Assembly: GCA_044892505.1 (NCBI GenBank)
Contig: CM097884.1
Span: 125,736,001 to 125,800,000, forward strand
Origin: Schmidtea nova
Lineage: Eukaryota
Length of the DNA: 64,000 nucleotides
Direction: 5' to 3'
This document shows, piece by piece, positions 12,257-24,245 of the stretch. The position numbers and the translations under genes are program-made. Under the pieces are notes generated by a model that did not search any database, had not been told where the DNA came from, and saw only the letters and a program-made list of their open reading frames with translations. Position 1 is the stretch's first letter, and each line of letters opens with the position of its first letter.

Positions 12257-15200
12257 GAAGACTAGTTAAAGGGACGGAAGAAGAAACGAGAAAAGTAATG
12301 GTAACAGAAAATGTGACATTGAAAGGAGAGGGAGAGTATTGGATCAAAGGGATGATAGTAGATAAGGAGAACGAGAGGATAAAGGAAGACGTAACTAATT
12401 GTTTATTTACAGGAAACAAGAACAAGATGGAGGAAAGAGGTAAACTGGTAGCAGACGGACTAGCAACATGTTCCGAGGGATTGATTTGGGTCTGAATTAA
12501 TATTCAGGAAGGAGGAGTGAAAAGTCTACATACAGGAATAACACTGGGAGAAGCGGAAGAATGGACAGACAAGGAGGGAAAAAATAACACATTGATGAAA
12601 TTGTCAACAATCGACCAAAACAAAGAAAAGAGAAGTATAGACAAAATTGTGAAAGGGTTGATAAACAAGCTAGACGATAGATTAACAATAACAGAAAAAC
12701 AGAAGATTTCACAAATTTTATGGCGGAACAAAGATGTATTCAGTAGTTACAAAATGGATTTTGGGAAGACAAATGTGGGACAACACACTATAGAAACGGG
12801 GAAAACAACACCGATAGCATTCAAACATAGAAGGATACCAAGGGGATTGGAGGAAGATGTGAGAAGATACATTACAGAATTGAAAGAAGCGGGAACTATT
12901 AGAGAAAGCAATTCACCATGGAACTTTCCCATAGTGGTAACAAAAAAAAGAATGGGGACATGAGAATGTGCATCGACTACAGAGCTTTAAATGCAAAAAC
13001 CGAAAGAGCAATATTTCCAATACCATCAGCAAACGAAGTCTTTGATACAATCGGAAACGCGAAATTCTTTTCCACATTAGATATGTTCAGTGGATACTAT
13101 CAAATTCCAATCGCAGAAGAGGATATAAGGAAAACAGCATTCAGCACGAGATTCGGCTAATACGAGTTCACAAGAATGCCATTCGGATTGTGTGCCGCGC
13201 CAGCAACATTTCAAAGAATAATGAACGTAGTCTTAAGGGGAGAGAGCTGGACTAACTGTGTGATATATTTTGACGATATTCTGGTATTCAGGAAAACAAT
13301 TGAAGAACACAACGAAAGATTAGATAGAGTACTACAGAAGATGAGAGAAGCGGGACTAAAATTATCACCGGAGAAATGCCACTTGCTAAAAAACGAGGTA
13401 AGATATTTGGGACACATTATAAACGAAGAAGGATTACAGACGGACCCAGACAAAACCAAAGCGATAAGAGAATATAAGAAGCCAATGTGTCAGAAAGAGC
13501 TAAGGACATTTCTAGGGATGACGGGATATTACAGAAACTTCATTAAAGGCTACGCTAAGACGACAGAACCTTTAAACGAAATGCTTCGAACAGAAAACAA
13601 ATTTGAATGGACGGAGGAAAGACAAGTCACGTTCGAGAGATTAAGACAGGCTTTACTATCACCGCCAATATTAGCATTATCAACTACAGATGGATACTAC
13701 GTTTTAGACACAGACGCGTCTAACGATTCAATAGGAGCCATCCTGTCTCAAATCCAAGATGAGAAGGAGAGAGTTATTGCGTATGGATCGAAGACTATGA
13801 CGAATACGCAGAGGAAATACTGTATCACACTCAAGGAACTTTTGGCAATTTACACATTTGTATTAAAATACAAGTATTATTTAGTAGGTAAAAAGTTCAC
13901 AGTAAGAACAGATCATCAAGCACTTAAATGGTTATTAGATTGGAGTAGTCGAAACACCTCTCAATATTGTGTATGGAAAGCAGAACTAGAAATATATGAC
14001 ATGAAAGTAGAATTTAGAAAAGGGAAAGACCATTGCAATGCGGATGCATTGTCAAGAATTACACCATGCGAACAATGCGGACTGAAACACGCGGACCCAA
14101 GAAAGAAACGAAATGTAAAAGTTTACGAGGAAGAAAACAATTCTACAGAAGAGAACAAGTCAGAAAGAATTATATGTCAAATAAATACGAAGACGGATTC
14201 AGAAGTTAGGCAAATAATCGATTGGATACAGCAAGGGAGAAAAGAACAAAACCGGAAACACTTAGAACTATGGAGAAAAGCGGAGCTTATGTGTGTCAGC
14301 GAAGGAAATCTTATGATTAAGAAAGCAGAAGGACATAGGAAAATACTACCAGAAGAAGAAAGAAATATATATATTGACGAGTTACATCAGGAATTGGGAC
14401 ATGTTGGCATTGAAAGAACCACGAGAGCAGCCAAAGAAAGACACTATTTACCAAATATCAACGAGAACGTTATAGATAGAGTAAACCGATGTATAGCCTG
14501 TCAACACAACAAGTATATAAACGGAAGAGTTAGAGCACCACTACAGAGTTTTATAAGCAGTAGACCTTTAGAAATTTTGGGAATAGACATTACGGGACCT
14601 TTTCCAATGACAAGAAAAGGAAATAGATACATTCTGGGATTAATTGACTACTTCACAAAATATCCATGTCTAATACCACTCCCAGAAATTACGACAGAAA
14701 CAGTGGCTAGAGCAATATTGGAAGAATGGATCACAAACTTCGGTATACCAGAAAGGATTCACTCAGATCATGGAAAGAATTTTGAGTCAAATATGTTTAA
14801 GGGTTTGTGCAGTCTGATAGGAACAAAGAAAACCTGTACATCACCGTACTACCCACAATCTGACGGCTTAATCGAAAGAATGTTCCAAACAGCAAAAGTA
14901 TGATGGCAGCGACCATGTTCGACAGAAAGACGAAGGAATGGGATTCAACAGTACACACGGTAGAATATGGAGTAAGGAACACAGTCCATAAAAGTACTGG
15001 ATATAAACCGATAGAATTAATGTTCGGCAGAACACCAAAAGTAAGAGAAGAAACAAGCGACATAATAGGACCACAAGACTACGGAGAATTCATGAGAAAA
15101 CTGAGAACAGAGTTAACGAACACAGAAGAGGAAGTAAAAAAGAGAACTGATAAAGTGAGAGTATATAACGAAAAGATTTACAATCGAAATAGATGGAATA

Positions 15201-15418
15201 AAGACGTTAAAATAGGAGATTCGGCATTAGTAAAAGTATTTCAGAAACAAGGATTTGGGGAGAAATACTGCGGCCCATATGAAATACTAGAGAAAGTAAA
15301 TGATTGGACTTTTAAATTAAGAAGCGAGGCTGATGGGAAGATAATACATCGTAATTATAACCAGATTAAGATTATCCCAGAAAGATCAGAAATAGCAAAG
15401 ATAGAGACGGACAGTTAG
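12230..15418 (+). pseudogene. pol: Gypsy-2 Pol: RT, RNase H, integrase with HHCC, DDE and GPY motifs; a few stops and frameshifts
   Basis: MCIDYRALN, MPFGLCAAPATFQR, YFDD, LDTDAS, TDHQAL, HQELGH...CIAC, GIDITGPF, HSDHGKNF, DGLIER, CGPYEI. Confidence 0.95.
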
Positions 15419-16837
15419 GGAACAAGTATATTGTCAAGAACAAAGGAATCGGAGAGATTGGAAGAGGTTAACGAAGCAACGTCGACGGGAGAGAATAAAG
15501 AGACCACAGGAAGATACCCGAAAAGACACAATAGAAATGTGAAGCCGAGATTATACGACGATTTCGAGTTGAGAGCCGAATAAGACGGGGGAATGTTATA
15601 TGTGAATTAATAATATTAAAAATTCGTTTCAATATTATAAATTATAAAAATTGTTTGAATATTGTTTTGTATAATATAGATTTTTAAATTGTGTAATTTA
15701 CTGATTTATTATTATTATTTCCGAATTGTGTAATTGGCTTATTTAGTATTATTATTTCCGAATTGTGGTAATTTATTTATATAAATTGGTTAATTCATTT
15801 AGAGATAACAATATTTTTTTAAATATTTTTTCTTGATAAATTAAAATTAGATTTTAAAATAAATATTTAGAAAAAAATTTTTAAAAAGTTAACATCTTTA
15901 TCTAATTTTATTTTATAATTTGTTTATTTAGTACAGTTATATGGACACCTGATAAAGGCTGGCAGTCTGTCGAAATATATAATTCATTTGTTGTATAAAT
16001 GGCGTTTTACTTTATTTGAATCGTTTCCATGTTTGTTTACACTCACACACGCATATACATATAGATATACAAAATACAAATAATCCTACATAAATCAAAT
16101 AAAAGATTTATATTTGAGTAATTTCTTCTCTCTCGCATTTCCTTTTAATTTCAAAATTCAATGTCAAAATTTTTTTTCGGTAAAATAATTTTAAGGTTTT
16201 TGGTTGTTAAGTACACGATATTTCGGTACAGCCTATACGAAGTGTGTATTAGATATGTATTGTGTACTTAGCAAACAAGAAGCCCTAAAATTGTTTCGAT
16301 CTTTAATCATACAATTATGAAGATTAGTTCGAGGATTGGAACGAAACTTTGAAGTCTCATGACTAAGGATTGCTATGAAAGAACGTATATCAAGTCATCG
16401 CACCGTTTGTAACATTTTACATTAATAAGATTGGTATTCATACCTTATCCAATGTGATCAAGCACTTATTTATTTTGAGTATAAAACAACTGTTACGATT
16501 TGTCAATGGTTCAGTAAGTGTTGCACTACAGATCCGTAGTTTATATTTACCGATGAATTAACTTTAACTAGGGTTGGCATCAATAATTGCACAAGTTTTC
16601 TTGTTTGGTCAAATGGCAGTCTCAGCGCAGTTTATGCATCGAGGCGCTAGTATCATTTTTATGTTAATATTTGTGCTGGAGCCTTCTTATATCAACTTTT
16701 ACATTTATTCTTTCATGCACTGCATATAAGGATAACAATAAAAATACATTTGCATGGAGTTTGTCCTTCATTACCGCATTAATCAAATATCAAAATTAAT
16801 TTTTAAAAAATATAAAGATTATTCTTTTCTTTTTCAG

Positions 16838-17219
16838 AAACTTCATCTGGATTGCGATTTGTTGTTAGCGGTCTTGATGGGGATTCGAATTTCAATCCCA
16901 AGCAAGGCTCAGTCGACAGGAAACTGCAAGCTACGATAATAGGTTAATGAGTGCAATTGCATTTCTATATTAATTCGTCATTTGTCTTAAGACGCTCAAA
17001 CTGGTAAAGACCTGAGTGGACAATTCAAATTTAAATGGTATTTCCTCCAGTCAAACAAAGAAGTATATCCAAACAGTAAGTTAGCCGAGAAAGTTGAGGA
17101 AAAAGGAGGAGAAATAAAATTCAATTCAATGAAAAATCCACAACAAATTCTCACAGCTCAATGCTTCGCTACGAATGGAACGCATAACTTCACTTCACCA
17201 GCAATAACTGTCGATGTCA
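16838..17219 (+). CDS. Host multi-Ig gene, Ig-like domain type A copy 2 (exons 16838-16942 and 16992 to the gap)
   Basis: Near-identical to 2613-2994, with the same splice sites. Confidence 0.75.
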
Positions 17220-17427
17220 NNNNNNNNNNNNNNNNNNNNNNNNNNNNNNNNNNNNNNNNNNNNNNNNNNNNNNNNNNNNNNNNNNNNNNNNNNNNNNNNN
17301 NNNNNNNNNNNNNNNNNNNNNNNNNNNNNNNNNNNNNNNNNNNNNNNNNNNNNNNNNNNNNNNNNNNNNNNNNNNNNNNNNNNNNNNNNNNNNNNNNNNN
17401 NNNNNNNNNNNNNNNNNNNNNNNNNNN

Positions 17428-17604
17428 TTTTCACCTTTGATCTTTTTTTATTATTATTATCAATAATTCTCATAATGACTATAGATCAAAATTTTTTTTT
17501 ATAAAAATAACACAATATTTCGGCACAGCCTTTATCAAGTGTGTATAAAGGCTGTGCCGAAATATTGTGTTATTGTTTATAAAAAAATTTTGATCTATAG
17601 TCAT
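17428..17604. repeat. Head-to-head palindrome of Penelope family-1 terminal repeat, paralogous to 3288-3520
   Basis: CGGCACAGCCTTTATCAAGTGTGTA-T-AAAGGCTGTGCCG centre with long inverted arms. Confidence 0.75.
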
Positions 17605-18868
17605 NNNNNNNNNNNNNNNNNNNNNNNNNNNNNNNNNNNNNNNNNNNNNNNNNNNNNNNNNNNNNNNNNNNNNNNNNNNNNNNNNNNNNNNNNNNNNNNN
17701 NNNNNNNNNNNNNNNNNNNNNNNNNNNNNNNNNNNNNNNNNNNNNNNNNNNNNNNNNNNNNNNNNNNNNNNNNNNNNNNNNNNNNNNNNNNNNNNNNNNN
17801 NNNNNNNNNNNNNNNNNNNNNNNNNNNNNNNNNNNNNNNNNNNNNNNNNNNNNNNNNNNNNNNNNNNNNNNNNNNNNNNNNNNNNNNNNNNNNNNNNNNN
17901 NNNNNNNNNNNNNNNNNNNNNNNNNNNNNNNNNNNNNNNNNNNNNNNNNNNNNNNNNNNNNNNNNNNNNNNNNNNNNNNNNNNNNNNNNNNNNNNNNNNN
18001 NNNNCACCTTTGATCTTTTTTTATTATTATTATCAATAATTCTCATAATGACTATAGATCAAAATTTTTTTTTATAAACAATAACACAATATTTCGGCAC
18101 AGCCTTTATCAAGTGTGTATTTCTATCGTTATATTTACTTAATCCTAAATAGTAGCCTTAATTATTTTTTTAATATTTTATAATGATTTTATTGGATGAA
18201 AAAATTTATTTTAATTTTTTTGTGCGAATTGAATGTTGATGGACGGTTTGTATTTTTTTATGAAAAAAGTCTCGGAAGCTAATCTTTGTATTGAATTTTT
18301 GAATCCCTCTTGTAGGATCTGGCATTTTGTTTCTTCTATAGATGGAGTTGTTTTATGTACTTTTTCCCAGTGTTCGTAATAATTACTGGTTTTGATTTTA
18401 GTATGTTCATTAAGTCGGGTGCGAAAAGTTCTATGTGTTTCTCCTATGTAAGTAGCGTCACATTTTTGACAAGAAAGTTTATATACTATATTTTTGGAAA
18501 AGCAAAAGCATCGGGTTGTGGAACGGCAAAGACATTTATGTTTGGAGATGTTGGAAATTGGTGGCTTTCGGAGTTGTGATTTTAACGGTGCGGAGGTTAT
18601 GAATGTTGGACGGATGTGGATAGGCAAATCTGTTTGATTAAAAATGTTGGTGATTTTGTTGGCTGTAGTGTCATTTAGGAAAGGTAATCTTAGATATGTT
18701 GTGTGTTTGTTATTGTTATTGTGTTTCTGGCGTTTTCTATTGTTGCGTTTATTGTGGTATGGTTCGTTAAGGAAGTGTTTCTTTACAAAGTCTTCAGGGT
18801 ATCCATTTTGGAGGAATCGTATTTTGAAGTTTTCTAATGTTTCTTGTATTTTGTTTGCGTCTGAACAG

Positions 18869-20788
18869 CACAATCATCTTCTGGATCCAAATCGTAGAAC
18901 ATATCCAAATATGCCTGTCTTTTCGACTGAACTTGAAGAAAAAATCAGCTGTTTAGAAACTAAAGTCAAAACTTTAGTCAGAGAACAAATTATCTTTCTT
19001 GAAAAACATTGCTCAACACAAAATTCTTCCACTTCAAACATAAAGAAAATTAAGAATTCTAAAGACTTCACAATTCTTCCATCAGATAAAACAAATCGAC
19101 TAATTGCCCTTGACACAGAACAATACAATACTCTATTTGAAGAACATCTCTCGAACTATGAACCAATAAACAAAATAATCTTACCTGCATCGACTCAGAT
19201 TTTATACAATAAGAAACTTTCAACACTTGCAAATAAACAAATTAACCTTCAAATCAAAGATTTACTTTTAAAATGCAACTGCAGTGAGCCTTTACCTAGT
19301 AATATGACTATGTTACCTAAAGATCACAAAAGTCCTTTAAAAGGTAGACCTCTTGTATCTGCAGTTGACACTCCTTCCACAACACTTTCTAAAGTTCTTT
19401 CAGAAATTCTAAAAACACTTTTGCCTTTGGTTCCTTCTCATCTTAAAAACACAACTGAATTCGTCTCCGAAATTACAAATACGTCTCTTCCGTTAAACTC
19501 AGGACAACAGTACTTCTGGGGATCTCTTGACGTTTCCAATCTTTACGGATCTATTCCTCTTCACGGAGAGAATAACATTTTCGATATCGCAGCTTCTTTC
19601 TTTGAAACTCATAAAGCCAATACTGACCTCGCAGACTTAACTAAACAAGACTTTATAGAACTTCTAAAATTAGCAATAAATTCAGATACTGTCATAATTA
19701 AAGAAAAACCATTCAAACAAATTCATGGATTAGCCATGGGTAATAACCTTTCTCCCATCTTAGCCATCTTCTACATGAACTTTATAGAATCTAAGATCAT
19801 ATCTTTTTTTGGGGACAAAATACTTTTCTGGAAACGATACATCGACGACATCTTCATAGTCTCCACAATCCCTCTCAATCAAATCCTATCACACGCAAAT
19901 TCTACTAACACCAACATACAATTCACTTTTGAAACACCGAACACAGAAGGTAAAATACCGTTTTTAGATACCATGGTAAGTTTCACAAAAGGCCAAGATA
20001 CACTAAATGCAAACACCGAGCTATATTCTAAAAGTTTACATAGCGGTCATATCCTCCCATGGAAAAGCCACGTTCCACTTCAACGCAAAATCGCATTACT
20101 AATAGGAGAAAGAAAAAGAGCCATAAGAAACTGTTCAGACGCAAACAAAATACAAGAAACATTAGAAAACTTCAAAATACGATTCCTCCAAAATGGATAC
20201 CCTGAAGACTTTGTAAAGAAACACTTCCTTAACGAACCATACCACAATAAACGCAACAATAGAAAACGCCAGAAACACAATAACAATAACAAACACACAA
20301 CATATCTAAGATTACCTTTCCTAAATGACACTACAGCCAACAAAATCACCAACATTTTTAATCAAACAGATTTGCCTATCCACATCCGTCCAACATTCAT
20401 AACCTCCGCACCGTTAAAATCACAACTCCGAAAGCCACCAATTTCCAACATCTCCAAACATAAATGTCTTTGCCGTTCCACAACCCGATGCTTTTGCTTT
20501 TCCAAAAATATAGTATATAAACTTTCTTGTCAAAAATGTGACGCTACTTACATAGGAGAAACACATAGAACTTTTCGCACCCGACTTAATGAACATACTA
20601 AAATCAAAACCAGTAATTATTACGAACACTGGGAAAAAGTACATAAAACAACTCCATCTATAGAAGAAACAAAATGCCAGATCCTACAAGAGGGATTCAA
20701 AAATTCAATACAAAGATTAGCTTCCGAGACTTTTTTCATAAAAAAATACAAACCGTCCATCAACATTCAATTCGCACAAAAAAATTAA
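18869..20788 (+). CDS. Penelope-like RT plus GIY-YIG endonuclease, 5'-truncated, no internal stops
   Basis: ILPSDKT, SLDVSNLYGSIP, GLAMGNNLSP, RYIDDIF, PFLDTMV, NGYP, Cys-rich linker CLCRSTTRCFC, IVYKLSCQKCDATYIGETHRTFRTRLNEH. Confidence 0.93.
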   Translation, partial: HNHLLDPNRRTYPNMPVFSTELEEKISCLETKVKTLVREQIIFLEKHCSTQNSSTSNIKKIKNSKDFTILPSDKTNRLIALDTEQYNTLFEEHLSNYEPINKIILPASTQILYNKKLSTLANKQINLQIKDLLLKCNCSEPLPSNMTMLPKDHKSPLKGRPLVSAVDTPSTTLSKVLSEILKTLLPLVPSHLKNTTEFVSEITNTSLPLNSGQQYFWGSLDVSNLYGSIPLHGENNIFDIAASFFETHKANTDLADLTKQDFIELLKLAINSDTVIIKEKPFKQIHGLAMGNNLSPILAIFYMNFIESKIISFFGDKILFWKRYIDDIFIVSTIPLNQILSHANSTNTNIQFTFETPNTEGKIPFLDTMVSFTKGQDTLNANTELYSKSLHSGHILPWKSHVPLQRKIALLIGERKRAIRNCSDANKIQETLENFKIRFLQNGYPEDFVKKHFLNEPYHNKRNNRKRQKHNNNNKHTTYLRLPFLNDTTANKITNIFNQTDLPIHIRPTFITSAPLKSQLRKPPISNISKHKCLCRSTTRCFCFSKNIVYKLSCQKCDATYIGETHRTFRTRLNEHTKIKTSNYYEHWEKVHKTTPSIEETKCQILQEGFKNSIQRLASETFFIKKYKPSINIQFAQKN

Positions 20789-20880
20789 AATAAATTTTTT
20801 CATCCAATAAAATCATTATAAAATATTAAAAAAATAATTAAGGCTACTATTTAGGATTAAGTAAATATAACGATAGAAAT

Positions 20881-20915
20881 ACACACTTGATAAAGGCTGT
20901 GCCGAAATATTGTGT
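20881..20915 (+). ncRNA. Minimal type-I hammerhead ribozyme, U3:A8 core variant
   Basis: ACAC-TTGATAA-A-GGC-TGT-GCC-GAAA-TA-TT-GTGT: stem I, stem II and palindromic minimal stem III. Copies near 3320, 4260, 4505, 17515, 17545, 18090, 21368, 21651, 26151 and 30878. Confidence 0.7.
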
Positions 20916-21291
20916 TATTGTTTATAAAAAAAAATTTTGATCTATAGTCATNNNNNNNNNNNNNNNNNNNNNNNNNNNNNNNNNNNNNNNNNNNNNNNNN
21001 NNNNNNNNNNNNNNNNNNNNNNNNNNNNNNNNNNNNNNNNNNNNNNNNNNNNNNNNNNNNNNNNNNNNNNNNNNNNNNNNNNNNNNNNNNNNNNNNNNNN
21101 NNNNNNNNNNNNNNNNNNNNNNNNNNNNNNNNNNNNNNNNNNNNNNNNNNNNNNNNNNNNNNNNNNNNNNNNNNNNNNNNNNNNNNNNNNNNNNNNNNNN
21201 NNNNNNNNNNNNNNNNNNNNNNNNNNNNNNNNNNNNNNNNNNNNNNNNNNNNNNNNNNNNNNNNNNNNNNNNNNNNNNNNNNNNNNNNNNN

Positions 21292-21720
21292 NGATCTTTT
21301 TTTATTATTATTATCAATAATTCTCATAATGACTATAGATCAAAATTTTTTTTTATAAACAATAACACAATATTTCGGCACAGCCTTTATCAAGTGTGTA
21401 TTTCTATCGTTATATTTACTTAATCCTAAATAGTAGCCTTAATTATTTTTTTAATATTTTATAATGATTTTATTGGATGAAAAAATTTATTTTATTTTAA
21501 TTTTTTTGTGCGAATTGAATGTTGATCAATTCGCACAAAAAAAATTAAAATAAAATAAAATAAATTTTTTCATCCAATAAAATCATTATAAAATATTAAA
21601 AAAATAATTAAGGCTACTATTTAGGATTAAGTAAATATAACGATAGAAATACACACTTGATAAAGGCTGTGCCGAAATATTGTGTTATTGTTTATAAAAA
21701 AAAATTTTGATCTATAGTCA
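21292..21720. repeat. Perfect inverted repeat of the Penelope family-1 3' UTR centred near 21525
   Basis: Arms fold about TTGATCAA; each arm carries the hammerhead motif. Confidence 0.75.
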
Positions 21721-21953
21721 NNNNNNNNNNNNNNNNNNNNNNNNNNNNNNNNNNNNNNNNNNNNNNNNNNNNNNNNNNNNNNNNNNNNNNNNNNNNNNNN
21801 NNNNNNNNNNNNNNNNNNNNNNNNNNNNNNNNNNNNNNNNNNNNNNNNNNNNNNNNNNNNNNNNNNNNNNNNNNNNNNNNNNNNNNNNNNNNNNNNNNNN
21901 NNNNNNNNNNNNNNNNNNNNNNNNNNNNNNNNNAAATAATCATTATATTGCAG

Positions 21954-22342
21954 ACACTCAAACAGGACCTCTCACTATTTGGGTTTCTGGTCTCTCAGGA
22001 GATTTCAATTTCTATCCGAAAGTCGGATCAGTTGATCAGAAATTAAAATGTTATCTTGAAGGTGAATGAGTTTATGATTGTTTATATTATTTATCAATTG
22101 TAATGAAGATGATAAGAAAATGGATGTCAGTAAAAACTTCAAGTTCACGTGGTATTTCCTCAAGGCAAACAAACAAGAATATCCCATCAACAATTTGGCA
22201 GACAAAGTCGTGATAAATGGAGGAGAAATCGCCTTCATGGGAATGAAGAATCCTCAACAAGTTCTCACAGCTCAATGTTTTGCCACCAATGGAGTTCACA
22301 ACTACACATCACATATGATATCTGTACATACCGAACAAGATG
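21954..22342 (+). CDS. Host multi-Ig gene, Ig-like domain type B copy 2 (exons 21954-22061 and 22109-22342)
   Basis: Paralogue of 9882-10270 with identical exon lengths (108 and 234) and a divergent last strand (SHMISVHTEQD). Confidence 0.8.
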
Positions 22343-23213
22343 GTAGCGTTAAATTCATTTTAATTTTTGTATTGTATTTTAAATATTTGTTTAGAAATTT
22401 ATTTAATAATAATTTTCTTATTTTAAAGCAAAGTTTTCTTTTGAATTTGATAAAATTATTTAATAATTTGCTATTCGATTCTACATATTAACTCTAAAAT
22501 GATATTTTACATTACAATTTGTAATTACAATTTTGTAATTTACAAAATATTTGAAATTATTTCAATTAAAAAAGTTATTTGCAAAAACTAGCCTCTGAAA
22601 CTATTTTTATAAACATTACTAAAATTAATTTAATATTAATTTATAGAAAATTGCAAAACAATATTTAAAAATAACTTTGATAAATATTCCAGTAGATACA
22701 TTTTGCTACCCGCAAAGTATTCATGGGTTTAAAACAAATTTCAAATCTTTGGAATACCATGAAAAATTTAAAAAACACAAGAAAAATATGTTCTAAGCTC
22801 GCGTTTAAAATGAAAATGTTTAAACTGTTCTGTATTCGATCTTATTATAGCATATATTTGTACATTCAATACAAATGTTGTCATTTATTACCGAGGCATA
22901 CAAAATAAGCTCTAATTCTCATGTCTTCGTTAAATTTTAAGCGTGATAGTGATAATTTCGTGCTTTTCCTTACTAAGAATATTTTTTATTTTTTATTATA
23001 TATTGATTTAAAATATATAATTTTGATTGATTTAAATTTTAATTACATATTTTTTTACCTATTAATAATACGATTAACAAAAATTACCGGTAATATTAGA
23101 ATTGTTTTTGTTTTACTGTACTGATTCAAATTCTTACAAAAATTATAGGAAAATTGTAATTCAAAAGATTTAATTATAAATTAGTAAATTAATTAGTTTG
23201 TATTTTGAATTTA

Positions 23214-23789
23214 GGGTAAACTCGGCTAACTTCGTGATATTAAGGAATTCTCTTAATATTTTAAAAAAAACCATAGATATCTGACAAATATAATATCTGA
23301 CAACTATGTATGTTCCGGTATATGATTCGTCTACTAATTTTTCATTTCAAATTTTGAAATCTGTTTGTGAGTTCAAACTTATAAACGTTTAAACCAACCA
23401 TGTTCTTTTTGTGTAACTTCGTGATGCTTCCTGGGAGCCATTTGTTGGGTTTAAAATTTAGTAAATGTTTATTATGTTATTACAAACATATTTTTAATAA
23501 ATTAAATGTCAATATTTTCGTAGCATACTAGTATTTGAATTCAATACTTTAAAAAAATACATTATATTAACAAAAAAGGTTATATTAACAAGCAAAATTG
23601 TAAAGATTCTACACAAATTAATATCTATTATATATAAATGGAACCAGCCAGTCCCTTAGGCTGCGGAATAGTTTAATCTTATAGTTTGATGGATAAACAT
23701 TTACATAAAACCGTATGTAAACCTCAATGGTGCATTTTTACTTTGATATCACGAATTTAGCCGTGTCACGGAGAAAGCCGAGTTTACCC
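23214..23789. mobile_element. MITE, Tc1/mariner-pogo type
   Basis: TIR GGGTAAACTCGGCT / AGCCGAGTTTACCC, flanked by TA on both sides. Confidence 0.8.
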
Positions 23790-24192
23790 TATTGCTTTCT
23801 AGAGACCCTTATCGATTTTAATTGATTATATTCTTTTTATTTTCATTTTGAAATTTTATTTCCCGAAAAATATTGACTTTTAAATTTTTAATTATTTTTA
23901 CTAGTGCTTAATATAATTGCAACAGGTTTTATATTTTGTATTTTCTTGATAATATTGTGTTATTTCAACATTTCTTTAATCATCTGTTCGCTTGCAACTA
24001 AATGTTTTTGTATCACAGTTGCTTATTTTCAATAAGCATTTTTCCATTGATCCAATAAATACATTTTCAGTTAGGGAGCACCCTATTTACACTTCTGCAT
24101 CTATAATTGAATTTTATAGGTTCACTAGATTTTGAAGCGCCTAGATTTGTATTACAAATAATTAGTGTTTTTAGAATACTTTTGGAACACAC

Positions 24193-24196
<4 letters not shown>

Positions 24197-24241
<45 letters not shown>
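24197..24241. repeat. (TA)n microsatellite; others near 30243, 31161-31232 and 39408-39462
   Basis: Direct observation. Confidence 0.95.

Positions 24242-24245
<4 letters not shown>

Larger units (their letters stand above)
11100..15810 (+). mobile_element. Ty3/Gypsy LTR retrotransposon 2, complete boundaries
   Basis: LTRs 11100-11318 and 15594-15810 (TG...CA, about 4 differences), 5-bp TSD ATATT on both sides, PBS-like TGCCGTCAGGAG at 11319, PPT AAGACGGGGGAA at 15582-15593. Confidence 0.97.
10725..16030 (+). mobile_element. Duplicate of the Penelope family-2 fragment (10725-11099 and 15811 to about 16030), split by Gypsy-2
   Basis: Near-identical to 1164-1800. The sequence resumes directly after the Gypsy-2 3' LTR. 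Confidence 0.75.
18005..20951 (+). mobile_element. Penelope-like element (family 1) with an inverted copy of its 3' part at the 5' end
   Basis: 18005-18868 is the reverse complement of 20131 onward, joined at 18868/18869 to a direct 5'-truncated ORF. The 3' UTR carries a hammerhead motif. Confidence 0.93.

Noticed and set aside
6750-13160. In-frame TGA/TAG/TAA in Gypsy pol genes as an alternative genetic code or readthrough
   Set aside because: The stops replace different residues (Arg, Gln, Trp) by single substitutions. Intact Polinton and host genes use TGG for Trp and TGA as a stop.
18644-18868. Hydrophobic N-terminus of the 714-aa ORF as a signal or TM segment
   Set aside because: It is the antisense reading of the inverted duplicate; PLE homology starts only after the junction at 18869.
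18211-18873. 220-aa minus-strand ORF as a separate endonuclease gene
   Set aside because: It is an exact inverted copy of the C-terminus of the Penelope ORF, with no start of its own.
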